Source: Halocafeteria seosinensis (Eukaryota). Taken from it: a stretch of 32,061 nucleotides of DNA. Every line of letters begins with the position of its first letter. The stretch's first letter is position 1. A program made the translations under genes and the position numbers. This document shows, piece by piece, positions 11,526 to 21,247 of the stretch. The notes below the pieces were generated by a model that did no database searches, was not told where the DNA came from, and saw only the letters and a program-made list of their open reading frames with translations. The stretch is from assembly GCA_001687465.1 (NCBI GenBank), contig LVLI01001242.1, positions 1 to 32,061 of the forward strand, read 5' to 3'.

Positions 11526-12543
11526 ATGGCCGGGGAGGATGATCCTGAATTGGCCAAGTTCTTCGAGGAGATCGAGCAGACCGCCACACACTACCAACAG
11601 GACGAGGATGAAGGTGGCAAGGAACGTACTCAGACGGAGGCACAGCAGACGAAACCCGTGATGTACAGTGCCAGTGCTGTCGCGGCAAGTGCTCCCCCAC
11701 AGCGAAATCCATCGTCATCCGCCGGTGCGTCACCAGGACCTTCCATGCCTTACACCTCAGGAGGAGAATGGACGAGCAGTAGCTATGGGAATTCGGGTGT
11801 TGCTGCCATGGGGACAGGCGGTGGAATGCAGCAGCAGCAGCATCATTTTCAACATGGCAGTGGCGGCGGCGGAGGAGGAGGAGGACAAGCTCCGTACTCC
11901 AACTATCAATGGCAGCAAGGATCAGCTTCCACGTATCAACAACAACCGGGAGCTTCGGCCATGACAGCGGCATCTCCTTATCAACGGCAACAGGCACAGC
12001 CAAAAAGTGGAAAGAAGCATGTGCGTGTAGCTGGAGGACAGCTGTGGGTGGATCCCACTCTTGAGGAATGGCCAGAAAGTAAGAAGCAACAGTTCTTTTG
12101 AATGCATTCATAGTGTTTCCATGGAATATGATATTATGCAGATGATTTTCGTTTGTTTGTGGGAGATATAGGCAATGAGTGCTCGGATGAAGTATTGGCA
12201 AAGTCATTTCAAAAGTGAGTGTTCTACGAATGACTAGTGCATGCAACTGTTTGAAGATAAAGCGGGGATGCATTTGTCATAAAACAGATTCCCTTCATTT
12301 ACGAAAGCCAAGGTGGTTATGGATAAGAAAACTGGAAAAACGAAAGGATATGGCTTTGTTAGTTTTCTAGACGCGATGGATGCTGTCAAAGCTATGCGTG
12401 AAGTGAACGGCAAATACATAGGAAACAGACCATGTAAGATTAAGAAAAGCCGATGGAAAGAGAGGGAATTGGCCAATAACAAAACTGTTAGAAAAGAACA
12501 AAAGATGCTTGTCCAGCTCAACAAGACAGCAAAGAAAAAGTAG
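11526..12543 (+). CDS. RBM42: RNA-binding protein RBM42-like (single C-terminal RRM, tri-snRNP associated); introns ~12079-12141 and ~12214-12288
   Basis: Spliced sequence RVAGGQLWVDPTLEEWPE-NDFRLFVGDIGNECSDEVLAKSFQK-FPSFTKAKVVMDKKTGKTKGYGFVSF...GKYIGNRPCKIKKSRWKER is the characteristic RBM42 sequence. Confidence 0.93.
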
Positions 12544-12672
12544 CCATGTAGTGTGTCAGTCGTGCCAAAACCTTGTGTGGGTAAATTTAGTATTTCCCCA
12601 CAGGTTAATCGAGTTTCAATACGTAACTGGAAAATCATTACGGATACAGGGAGAAACAAAAGTACTCGATTC

Positions 12673-13072
12673 TTAGTGGTCTGGGGAGACTTGTATCTTG
12701 TTCACAGATGCACTGGGCTGCAACATATTTGTCGTCACCTGAACTTTGTTGACCCAAAGCCACAGAAGTTGCAGATGCTCGAGGCTAGATACTGAATACA
12801 AACAGATAAAACAATCCCCATTAGCAATCTTCTGAATTATCAAAAAGTAGTTCGGGGTGTACTTAGTACCTGCTGTAACCGTGAGAACCAACTAAAGTTG
12901 TAGTCGCCATAGACAAGCTATACCATGCCATGCCGTCGTCAATTTGAGTTCCAACGTAGCGTGAGTCGAAAATGCCGGGATGGAATGAAGCCACTGATGA
13001 ATGTCCCAAAGAACTGCTACTGCACAGAGTGGTTTCTTTGCATTTTGTTGAACCGTCTTGTGGTAGTATCAC
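12673..13072 (-). pseudogene. Possible decayed Ras/Rho-like small GTPase fragment
   Basis: Across two frames: KETTLC...FHPGIFDSRYVGTQIDDG (resembles Y.PTVFDNY...V.VDG), then TAG...GDCFICLYSVSSLEHLQLLWLWVNKV (resembles D.FIL.YS....S...L..W). G1, G3 and G4 motifs are broken. Confidence 0.3.
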
Positions 13073-13224
13073 CCAAGCACTGCAGCGGGCAGGAAGGCTC
13101 GCTTGCTACAATGTCCACGGGGAATCTGGTGGATGTGCCCGTCTTTAATTCAGTCTCTGAACTCTTACGTGTGCAATCGGTGGTAAGCTACCACTAGTCT
13201 ACACGCCATCTCTGATGTGTGTCA

Positions 13225-13226
<2 letters not shown>

Positions 13227-13258
<32 letters not shown>
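13227..13258. repeat. (GT)16 microsatellite
   Basis: Read directly. Confidence 0.95.
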
Positions 13259-13261
<3 letters not shown>

Positions 13262-13461
13262 GCGAGCCATGTCTTCAACCTCACTTCTACAGTAGAAGTT
13301 CTACCCGGGTTGGTTTGCAAATTGCACTGCATCCGAATGATTCAATCAGACGCTCTCTGGCTCAGTGTTGTCCTTATAAGCGCGAATTTCGCTGCTGAGG
13401 GGAAGGAGGATCGTTGCTCGTCTTGTGTGTGCATGTTAAAGTAGAGGAGACATGAGCAGGG

Positions 13462-15567
13462 ATGGCGTCGTCTTCATTTGCACGAGGGAAGCTCGATAAA
13501 CGCCGTGTCCACCCTCATCTACAGCGCACTCAGCCGGAGGAGGAAGCGGGAGCGCCGCCGCCGTCCTCGTCATCGTACGAGCTGTATTGCCCCCAACCCC
13601 ATGGTGATGATGGAAGACAGACGTATGGCTTGGAGGTGCGCATTTCCTCGCAAACGTATAATCAGAACCGACGCGGCGTGCGCTTGCGTTCCGGAATCAC
13701 GGCACGCACGGGACAGAGGTCTCTCTTTCGGGGGAAATCTACCCTCCACATCAACAAATGGTCGGATGAATCCCTGACGAAACTGTGGACGCAGTACGTT
13801 GGATCTGCGCGAGAAGCCATTCAGTGCGCTTTGGTGTGCAAAACATGGGCCTCGGCCATCTTTGACCATGATCTGCTGTGGCAAAGACTGTATGCCCAGC
13901 AGTACCTGAAATTGAGGCGGGGAATCCGAGGAGCATGGGAGGAAGACACAGAAGATGCTCGACTACTTCTGTCGAGTTTACCGGCGTTCACAAGGGCGGA
14001 TGATGCCACACTTAGTGTGCCACATCGCCAGGATAACCTCGAATGGGATGCTGATCGACCGATTCCCCTCTTTGGGCAAACTCTGGTCGGAGAGCACGTT
14101 GTTAGTGGCACCAAAGTACCTGGCTCCAGCCACAGAAAAGAGAGTGATGATGTTGAAATGGATACGCAGACGTCGTTTAGACTGTGTCGATGGTATTCGG
14201 CCACATTATCTTTGATTCATTGTATCTGTGGAGTACAGATCGACATTGTTGCACCGATTAGATTTTCTTCCACACCCGCGCGTTTAGAGAGTGATACTGT
14301 GGGGTTTCACCATTCTCCGGTTGATCTTTACCCAGGGATCATTGCTGATTTTCGACGACTCGAATCGGAAGACGACCATCAAGAGGATGAACAAAGGACT
14401 CCATTTGAAAACTTGGGTTCTTCACTGAGGGTCGCTCGGATGATCAAGCACCTATATTCTCACGTGGGCGAAGAAGATGATCACTTGAAAGTAACACGGC
14501 ATTCAGCGGAAAGAAGCTACTCATTTCAACGGAGCCCAGTAGTCTTGCGTGATGATCCTGATGTGCTTCTCATTGGATGTAGCCACTCTGGCAAGGACAC
14601 AATAACGAGAGCTTCGACGTTAAAATGTCAAGCATGGAAAAATGAGGCCTGGCTATCAGAGAAGGACATGTCAAACCAGTGGCGGCATTTTCACCGCAGT
14701 GATTTTCATGGCGTGGCATGTACACTCGGTAATCGTTCCGGGAGCGCATCATTGCTGGTATCTGCTTATCAAGATACCAAGCATTTCGAAGGTAATATGG
14801 CCGTTATCGATTGTAAAGCGGATCATGGAATCGCACCGATCATTGAGGCAATCGATACAAATTTTACTTTTCTGATGGAATGGAAATTGGCTCATCTCCC
14901 CACTGTTATCCTCGCCAACAAGCAAGACTCGAAAAAACGCATTACTCCTCTCCAGTTGGCATTTCTGTGGGGATGGAGAGCACATGTGCTACTCGACAAG
15001 AAACTGAAGAAGTTCGACAGCAGCCCCAATCTGATTCAGAAACGAAAATCATTAGTGGAATTGATATTGAGGTGGCATAGCGTCAGCGGCTCCATGTCAT
15101 TGATAGGCTTCGGATTGGACTATGCAGTTTGTCATTTTAAAGATATGCGGGTTGCCCAGTTCGACTGGTCTTGGCCCACAGAAAAACGTGAAGAGCTTTT
15201 CAATGTCTATAATCTGTTTAATGCAAAGTATCGCCAACGACTCCACCGGTTCACGGAAGTTGTTTCATTTTTCGGCAACAAACACAGTAAGTCACCGAGC
15301 GCTCCATACGAAGAGGATGCCCGGGATAACCAAGCGTATGCGGAGGAGATCTCATCGGAAACATCATCGGTGTCTTCTGACGAGATTGACGAAGATCGCT
15401 TCCGTGATCGATCCTGGCACAACCGCTACAGAGGCCTGCGTGGCGTACACTGGGAACTGCATGGTTGGGGTGTTTCTCGACCTCCCCGATCATTTGATGA
15501 GAGTACGTTTCTGGATGATGAGACGTACGGTCCTTTACGGGGTTTATTGGTAATGGATGAACGGTAG
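13462..15567 (+). CDS. F-box-like protein with a degenerate Arf-like small GTPase domain
   Basis: 701-aa ORF. F-box-like segment INKWSDESLTKLWTQYV...ALVCKTWASAIFDHDLLWQRLY (~13745-13895). P-loop-like VLLIGCSHSGKDT (~14563-14601). Arf-type G4 LPTVILANKQD (~14895-14928). Confidence 0.6.
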   Translation: MASSSFARGKLDKRRVHPHLQRTQPEEEAGAPPPSSSSYELYCPQPHGDDGRQTYGLEVRISSQTYNQNRRGVRLRSGITARTGQRSLFRGKSTLHINKWSDESLTKLWTQYVGSAREAIQCALVCKTWASAIFDHDLLWQRLYAQQYLKLRRGIRGAWEEDTEDARLLLSSLPAFTRADDATLSVPHRQDNLEWDADRPIPLFGQTLVGEHVVSGTKVPGSSHRKESDDVEMDTQTSFRLCRWYSATLSLIHCICGVQIDIVAPIRFSSTPARLESDTVGFHHSPVDLYPGIIADFRRLESEDDHQEDEQRTPFENLGSSLRVARMIKHLYSHVGEEDDHLKVTRHSAERSYSFQRSPVVLRDDPDVLLIGCSHSGKDTITRASTLKCQAWKNEAWLSEKDMSNQWRHFHRSDFHGVACTLGNRSGSASLLVSAYQDTKHFEGNMAVIDCKADHGIAPIIEAIDTNFTFLMEWKLAHLPTVILANKQDSKKRITPLQLAFLWGWRAHVLLDKKLKKFDSSPNLIQKRKSLVELILRWHSVSGSMSLIGFGLDYAVCHFKDMRVAQFDWSWPTEKREELFNVYNLFNAKYRQRLHRFTEVVSFFGNKHSKSPSAPYEEDARDNQAYAEEISSETSSVSSDEIDEDRFRDRSWHNRYRGLRGVHWELHGWGVSRPPRSFDESTFLDDETYGPLRGLLVMDER

Positions 15568-16088
15568 GTAGCCCACGATAGTATTTATGATTACTTTCAA
15601 GTTGATCGTGATGGATGTCGGGATGACCTTGAAGTCAACCCCGCAGTACACACAGCGATCAGCTAATCCTTCCTTAACGTACGGTCTTGGATAGGAGGTG
15701 AGCATCTCAGAGAGTCCTATGCTGTTAGCATGGAACAGATTGAGTATGGGTAACACAAGGCCCCCTCCGAGCAAAAACGGATCACGGAAGTAACAGAGCA
15801 TCGTCAGACTTAGGACGTCGCTGGTTCTGTGTTGACGGATCTTGGCGTCAGCACCCAGAATGGATCCGTCCCGTTAAAGTGCAACATATTTGCCCTACTG
15901 TTCCGTCTATGAGTGGAATAAAGAATTCGGGGCATTAAAACAATCGCATGCTTCCAGGTGTTCAGAGAATACAATGAAATACTTGGATAAATAGTGTTTA
16001 ATACTATCACATAAATAAATGTGTTTTTACAAGGCTGGGGTAACTGTGCTCCAATAGGGTCTGTCAATGCCCGAGAGGAACAAAATAT

Positions 16089-17252
16089 TTATTCCTCTTG
16101 TTCAACATCCAAACAAGCCCTATTCAACACATCAATCAATCGCAGCTGTCTCGTCTTTCGTTGCGAACGGAACTTGGCTGTGGCGGCAAGTTCATATCCT
16201 TTCTCACGACGGTACTCTTCAGCGAGTTCATGTGCTGTCTCAAGAAGCTTGGCACCCTGTATTGCTCTGTTTTGCATATGTTCGTTCAAGTCCCGTACGA
16301 CGGTAGTTTTAACTCGAACTCGCTTTGGGTTTTCTTGGGATTTGGATGGAGTTACTCGTCCTCTATGAGCATGATATACCATCGCTGAGGTACTAGGGGC
16401 GCCCCATTCAAGGATGTATATCGTGCGCTGATGCCCAACCTCTACCTCCGGGTTGGAACTGTAATATGTTCGCATGAAATCATCTGCTCCAGAGCCATTG
16501 GACAAGGCCTCCTGCACAGTTTTCTCGAAGGATTTACGCACTTCCGCTGGCACTTCGTCGTTCGATTGGGTTTGGCTGGGCTCCTCTCGTCCTGCGTGTG
16601 GTGATTTCTTCCGCTGGCGATCAAAGGCCACTATCGAATTGAAGTGTCTCTTTACGGCGCCAGTTGAGGTCTTTGTTGTCCAAACATTCAGAGGGAATCC
16701 AGAATCTGGGTCGAAGACGATAAACGTCCGCGTGCCGCTGTCTTCGTCCTCCTCCTCGTGCTCTTCTCGAGTGCCTTGTGCACGACTTGACGTGGCTGCC
16801 TTCTCCAGGACAACTTCATCTCCTTCATCGTAGACCTCTTCCCCCATTTTTCGCAGTACATAATACAAATGCGGGTTAATGTCCTCCGCTGAGCTGTCCG
16901 TGCTGGTAGTTTGAGCCTTCTTTCTCTGTTTCTGTCCTTTAGCGGACGAGCTACTACCCTTTCCCTCTGTTCCAGAGGGTCCTCTGTTCTTCCTGCTGGC
17001 TTCCGTTGTGCGTCTGCTCCTTGTATGGGCCTTGGTGGAGTCCTCCTCCGAGGAATCCGTCTCCTCCTCACTGGTTTCGTCCTCACGCTGTCTTTTCTTA
17101 TGCTTTACACCATCCTCAGAGGAAGAAGCACTCCGTCTATCTCTGCTACCAGGGGTTTTGATGGCACTCTTGTTAGTTGTGGTGTCGCTCATGGCGTCAA
17201 TGGCCGCGGATGCTGTCGCTGAGGCGGTCCGGGAAGGCCGACGATACGACAT
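16089..17252 (-). CDS. Hypothetical protein, charged low-complexity N-terminal half
   Basis: 387-aa ATG-initiated ORF; no family recognised. Confidence 0.7.
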   Translation of the reverse strand: MSYRRPSRTASATASAAIDAMSDTTTNKSAIKTPGSRDRRSASSSEDGVKHKKRQREDETSEEETDSSEEDSTKAHTRSRRTTEASRKNRGPSGTEGKGSSSSAKGQKQRKKAQTTSTDSSAEDINPHLYYVLRKMGEEVYDEGDEVVLEKAATSSRAQGTREEHEEEDEDSGTRTFIVFDPDSGFPLNVWTTKTSTGAVKRHFNSIVAFDRQRKKSPHAGREEPSQTQSNDEVPAEVRKSFEKTVQEALSNGSGADDFMRTYYSSNPEVEVGHQRTIYILEWGAPSTSAMVYHAHRGRVTPSKSQENPKRVRVKTTVVRDLNEHMQNRAIQGAKLLETAHELAEEYRREKGYELAATAKFRSQRKTRQLRLIDVLNRACLDVEQEE

Positions 17253-17811
17253 GATGCTAACAAGTACAGTAGCTAGCCTTGGTTAAACCAACCATCCACA
17301 CCAAGTCAATGTGCTTTTCCTTCTTCTTTGATATCGCTTGAAACTAGAGGATGCAACACACGTATATCCCCAATTCGTTGGGTTCTTGGGCCTATGAATG
17401 CTTGTACATATGTATTGGCTTGTGAACTCGACACCAAATAAGAACTGGTAACTTTTAAGTACCGAGGAACATGCCGATGCGTGGATCGTATATTAGGAGC
17501 TGGCTTTTTTACTTGATCATTCATGAATTGGATAGCAGTTCCAGACAGAGATTGGTTCATATAGTCACCCTGAATTTGCCACTGGACAGGTAGGGGTATG
17601 GTACTGTACGTGTGACTTCCAATACAGTACCGGTGGGGACAAACTGTAACTTCCCATTTGCAGCGGTATACAGCCTCGCTTGCTGTACAGGAAATGAGCC
17701 CCCATTACCTGCCATTCATTCACTGGGCACAGCGCTAGAAGGCAGTCCTTTGTTTGTTCTGCTTTTTCGAGGTGACAAAGTGGGCATGTACAGTACCCAA
17801 GTATCGGTATG

Positions 17812-17847
17812 GGGCTTCACGAGGAGAGTGGGCTTCACGAGGAGAGT
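17812..17847. repeat. 18-bp tandem duplication GGGCTTCACGAGGAGAGT x2
   Basis: Read directly in intergenic DNA. Confidence 0.9.
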
Positions 17848-18185
17848 CAGCTTCCGTTTAGGTGAGCGGCAGCCACAAATAGCAGGCTTACCGAAGATAC
17901 ATCTGTTGCGGAATTGCTACTCTAGTATCAAGGAAGGATGCATTCGAGCGAAAAGAACCATAAGGATTATAGCGAGGAGGACGGTCTGAAAGTCGACAAC
18001 GTGGCACGCTCATACTGTATATTTCACGCGGATCGTGTGCATGGTGGAGGTACAATTCTCCAAAATAACCGCATGTGGTGAAGTGCTGGTGTACAGTGTA
18101 CCGCGTGTAAGGACTACTTGAGCCGCAACGAAATTAAATGTAGTGGTAGCCGTTGCAAAAACCGGAACGTGTGAATAGAACGGAA

Positions 18186-20348
18186 TTAGAAGGAGGGTCT
18201 CCTCTGCGGGAATTCCTTTTTGCTGTGCTCCCGTCTCATTACTCGGCTTCTGCTGCGGGAGCCGGGCTTAGCTTCTCGGGAGATGCTCCTCCGCGATGCT
18301 TGCTTTGTCTTCGCAAATTTTAGCTGATCTGCATGTCCGGGTGCGCTCCTAGCGGTAAACCTACTTGACGCTGACGACTGTGGCCTCGGTGAACTTCTTG
18401 GCCGTGTTAGGCTTGGCGACTTCTTCGTACGAGTATGTTTGCCACGCACTCGTCGAGAACTGCTGGAGGAAACAGCAGAGGCTGAGTCTGTGTCGGAAGA
18501 AAACGGATTTGGGGTGTATGATCTTGGAACCAGAACAGGATTTCGTGAAGTCTGGTTCGACTTTAAGCCTAGTTCTATGTCAGAGTCGTAGAGTCTCTGC
18601 TTTTCCGCATGTGTTCGTCTCCTTTTCCACAAATAGATGCCGAAGAGTAATGCGACTAAGAGCACAGCGGTGAGACTTGTTCCAACTGCTACACCACTAG
18701 CGGTACCACCACCCGTATTTCCAGCCGCTGTGCCTCCTCCACTATCTCCTCCTTCAGAAACGCTTGGCGCAATGGTAGGCATCGATGATGGGCTCAGTAC
18801 GCTGCGTGTACTGGCAGACGAAGACGCAGTTGGGGAAATGGGGGTTGTCGGAGCAGTAGTAACAGAACGAGCAGCTGCTGAAGAAGGGGACGGAGTCAGC
18901 GACGAAGCTCTGGGAGAAGCTGAAACGCTCCCAGTGAGGCCGCTTGCACTGGGCGTGGTACGAGAGGGAGACGAAGGACTCACCACAGCTGTTACGGAGG
19001 GAGTCGGTTTTAGTTGAAATCGCAAAACCGGAAAAGACTCGTCGTATTGGATGGCCCAAATTGCTTCGGACCAACGACGTGCGCCTTCGAACTCATACAG
19101 ATGTCCTTTTATTGAGTCAAGGTTGTCTGAGTTACCTTCATTCACGGTCAAGAGCTCAGCATTGAAGCCAGCAATATCCCAAGTTCCATTAGCCGGATAA
19201 ACAGAGTATTTCACTTCAACTGCATCTGGAACGAAAAAAGATTCCGATGAATTAACAACGCTCCCGAAAATCCCACCTACACCCCACGCTGCCGAGGAAA
19301 CAGGTCCCGTGGAGTAGGCGTTTTCAACAGTAACCGTCGCTTGGATCCACCCAGCCAGCCATCCTACAATTCCTCCAGACCAATTCCCATTTAACTCTCC
19401 CCGAGAGTATACATTGGCAAGGTGCACATGTCCATGAAAATTTCCGGTTGCTCTGCCGCATATTCCCCCTGTCTCATTGGCATTAAGATTGCCCAACGAG
19501 AAACTCTCTGATATGTATACTTCACCAGAAAGGAGACCTGTGCTTTGGCCAGTAATACCACCACTGTGTGGTCCATTCAAGTGACCCTCTGAGTAACATT
19601 GGTAAATGTTCACGGTTCCGTTCTGGTTACCAGCGGCCCAGCCAACGATTCCCCCTGCCTCCAGGCCATCGATATTACCAGTGGAGTGGCACTGAGTAAT
19701 GTTAACTTCGCCCACCTCGTATGCTAATCTTGAACCAGCGATGCCCCCCGAGCTGATCCCCTTTATCCTCCCCGATGAAGAAGAATTAGTTATGTCCGCT
19801 TGGCCTCCGAATTGGGCAGTTTTAAACCCACAAATTCCGCCACCCCCCTTGTCCGTGGAAGTATCTCCACCGATGACTCCAGACGACGAGCATGAGTCAA
19901 CCTTAAAGAACCGTTGACCTGGGCGAACTATGAATCCTCCAGTTTCGCTAGTAGCTCCACCCAACGTATGGACACACACAATCTTTGGAGCTTCGGTAAT
20001 TGACTCGATACCGGAATCGTTTATGGCAAACAGGCCGTGGAACGGCTTGGCATCGGTGAGTTCAAATGCATGCCCATATCCATCAAACGTCTCTCCGATT
20101 TCCAGCGAAACAAAATCCTCCTCCTTCCAAGAACGAGTGCATGATTGGATAAACAACTTCCTCGAAGCATCGTATACCAAGCACTCTTCCTCCCCGGTGA
20201 TAATCGCTGAGCGCCGGTCATCAGCAAGTGCTGCAATTGCAAACCAAGCCAGCAATATGCTGGTAAGCAAACCGTACAGTGCCCTCTTTGCCACGCGTAG
20301 GGCTGAGGTGCCAGTAACTTTGTCCTGTCGATGGTCAAACATTGCCAT
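18186..20348 (-). CDS. Type I surface protein: signal/anchor, one GLUG-like (GG[I/L]xG) repeat domain, Ser/Thr/Pro stalk, TM helix, basic Ser/Arg-rich cytoplasmic tail
   Basis: Likely ATG at 20348 (MAMFDH...). Hydrophobic ALYGLLTSILLAWFAIAALA is followed by ~8 repeats of the type S.G.I.G...GGI.G...G.V.I..(C/S)YS. TM segment LTAVLLVALLFGIYLW is followed by KRRR. No intron in the ORF. Confidence 0.8.
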   Translation of the reverse strand: MAMFDHRQDKVTGTSALRVAKRALYGLLTSILLAWFAIAALADDRRSAIITGEEECLVYDASRKLFIQSCTRSWKEEDFVSLEIGETFDGYGHAFELTDAKPFHGLFAINDSGIESITEAPKIVCVHTLGGATSETGGFIVRPGQRFFKVDSCSSSGVIGGDTSTDKGGGGICGFKTAQFGGQADITNSSSSGRIKGISSGGIAGSRLAYEVGEVNITQCHSTGNIDGLEAGGIVGWAAGNQNGTVNIYQCYSEGHLNGPHSGGITGQSTGLLSGEVYISESFSLGNLNANETGGICGRATGNFHGHVHLANVYSRGELNGNWSGGIVGWLAGWIQATVTVENAYSTGPVSSAAWGVGGIFGSVVNSSESFFVPDAVEVKYSVYPANGTWDIAGFNAELLTVNEGNSDNLDSIKGHLYEFEGARRWSEAIWAIQYDESFPVLRFQLKPTPSVTAVVSPSSPSRTTPSASGLTGSVSASPRASSLTPSPSSAAARSVTTAPTTPISPTASSSASTRSVLSPSSMPTIAPSVSEGGDSGGGTAAGNTGGGTASGVAVGTSLTAVLLVALLFGIYLWKRRRTHAEKQRLYDSDIELGLKSNQTSRNPVLVPRSYTPNPFSSDTDSASAVSSSSSRRVRGKHTRTKKSPSLTRPRSSPRPQSSASSRFTARSAPGHADQLKFAKTKQASRRSISREAKPGSRSRSRVMRREHSKKEFPQRRPSF

Positions 20349-21247
20349 TTTGTTCCGTTGAACGTTCCGCCAAAGCCCGACTTGGTTACGCACTTCCAAA
20401 AATACAAGAGAATACCAGAGAAGCTTCTTTTCGAAACAACACGAGCAAGTTGATCGCGAGTGCAAAATACCTTATTGCATAGGCAAAATATGTAGACAAA
20501 ACACGCCAATTCATCCGACCTGCCGTAGGAAACCTGGTGTTCTTCGAATAACAGGTTGAAGCAGCCTGAAGGACGCAAGTGTTGTCCAGCCTGTACTGCA
20601 CTGCCCTTTCGGCTGGGATCCGACTCAAGCTTCGGAGCATCGGAGCGCCAGCCACTTAGTCACACACAAAGCACTAGATTTGGATTGTACGTATTCGATA
20701 ACCACTGCGTTTATTTTTTCGGAACCTGAATTGGTCGCGCGAAATAAAAGCTTGTACAGTATTCGCTACTGTACCGGCTCTTGGACCAGTCTGGTGGAAG
20801 AACGGTGATCTATTAGTCTGGTATTCAAGCCTAGGTATGTATAGTGGTGCAAGGGAATCTTAACAAGCAACCTTTATTCATGTGCATTCTTGGTTTGTAC
20901 GATATGTGCATTGTGCTCCCCCAGTTGAAGACCTAAAGTCGTGGAGAACATCCCGACAGAAAAAGTCCAGCGTACTCGTCCATCAACTCCGTTCCGGGCT
21001 TCAACGTCCGTCCTCCTTCCAAAGTGTTCTGCGTTGTTCAAATACTACGCGTGCATGTTGCGGTTTCTTACCCTAACCGGTACTCACTGTTCGTGCAGAG
21101 TGCACGTGGATATCAAACCAGATGATCCCAATCTAATCGCTGACATTGTGTGATGCTGAAATGATATCGCAAAAAGCCAATACGCTGCTCGGTGCGACGG
21201 CTCTCTATCCACCGAATAGTCCAGAGACTACCAAAAAGCATACGCAG

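Noticed and set aside
11476..12273. 265-aa antisense ORF and similar shadow ORFs over the large genes
   Set aside because: They overlap well-supported genes on the opposite strand or another frame and show no recognisable motifs.
15565..15812. Stop-codon readthrough or alternative genetic code extending the F-box ORF
   Set aside because: Further in-frame TAA stops follow soon, and TAA, TAG and TGA all terminate conserved genes here (ANT, RBM42, RPA43).
17306..18180. Short ORFs between the 387-aa gene and the first GLUG-like gene (also 1819-2314)
   Set aside because: No motifs or coherent splice model; the region is rich in the intergenic TACWGTA motif and looks non-coding.
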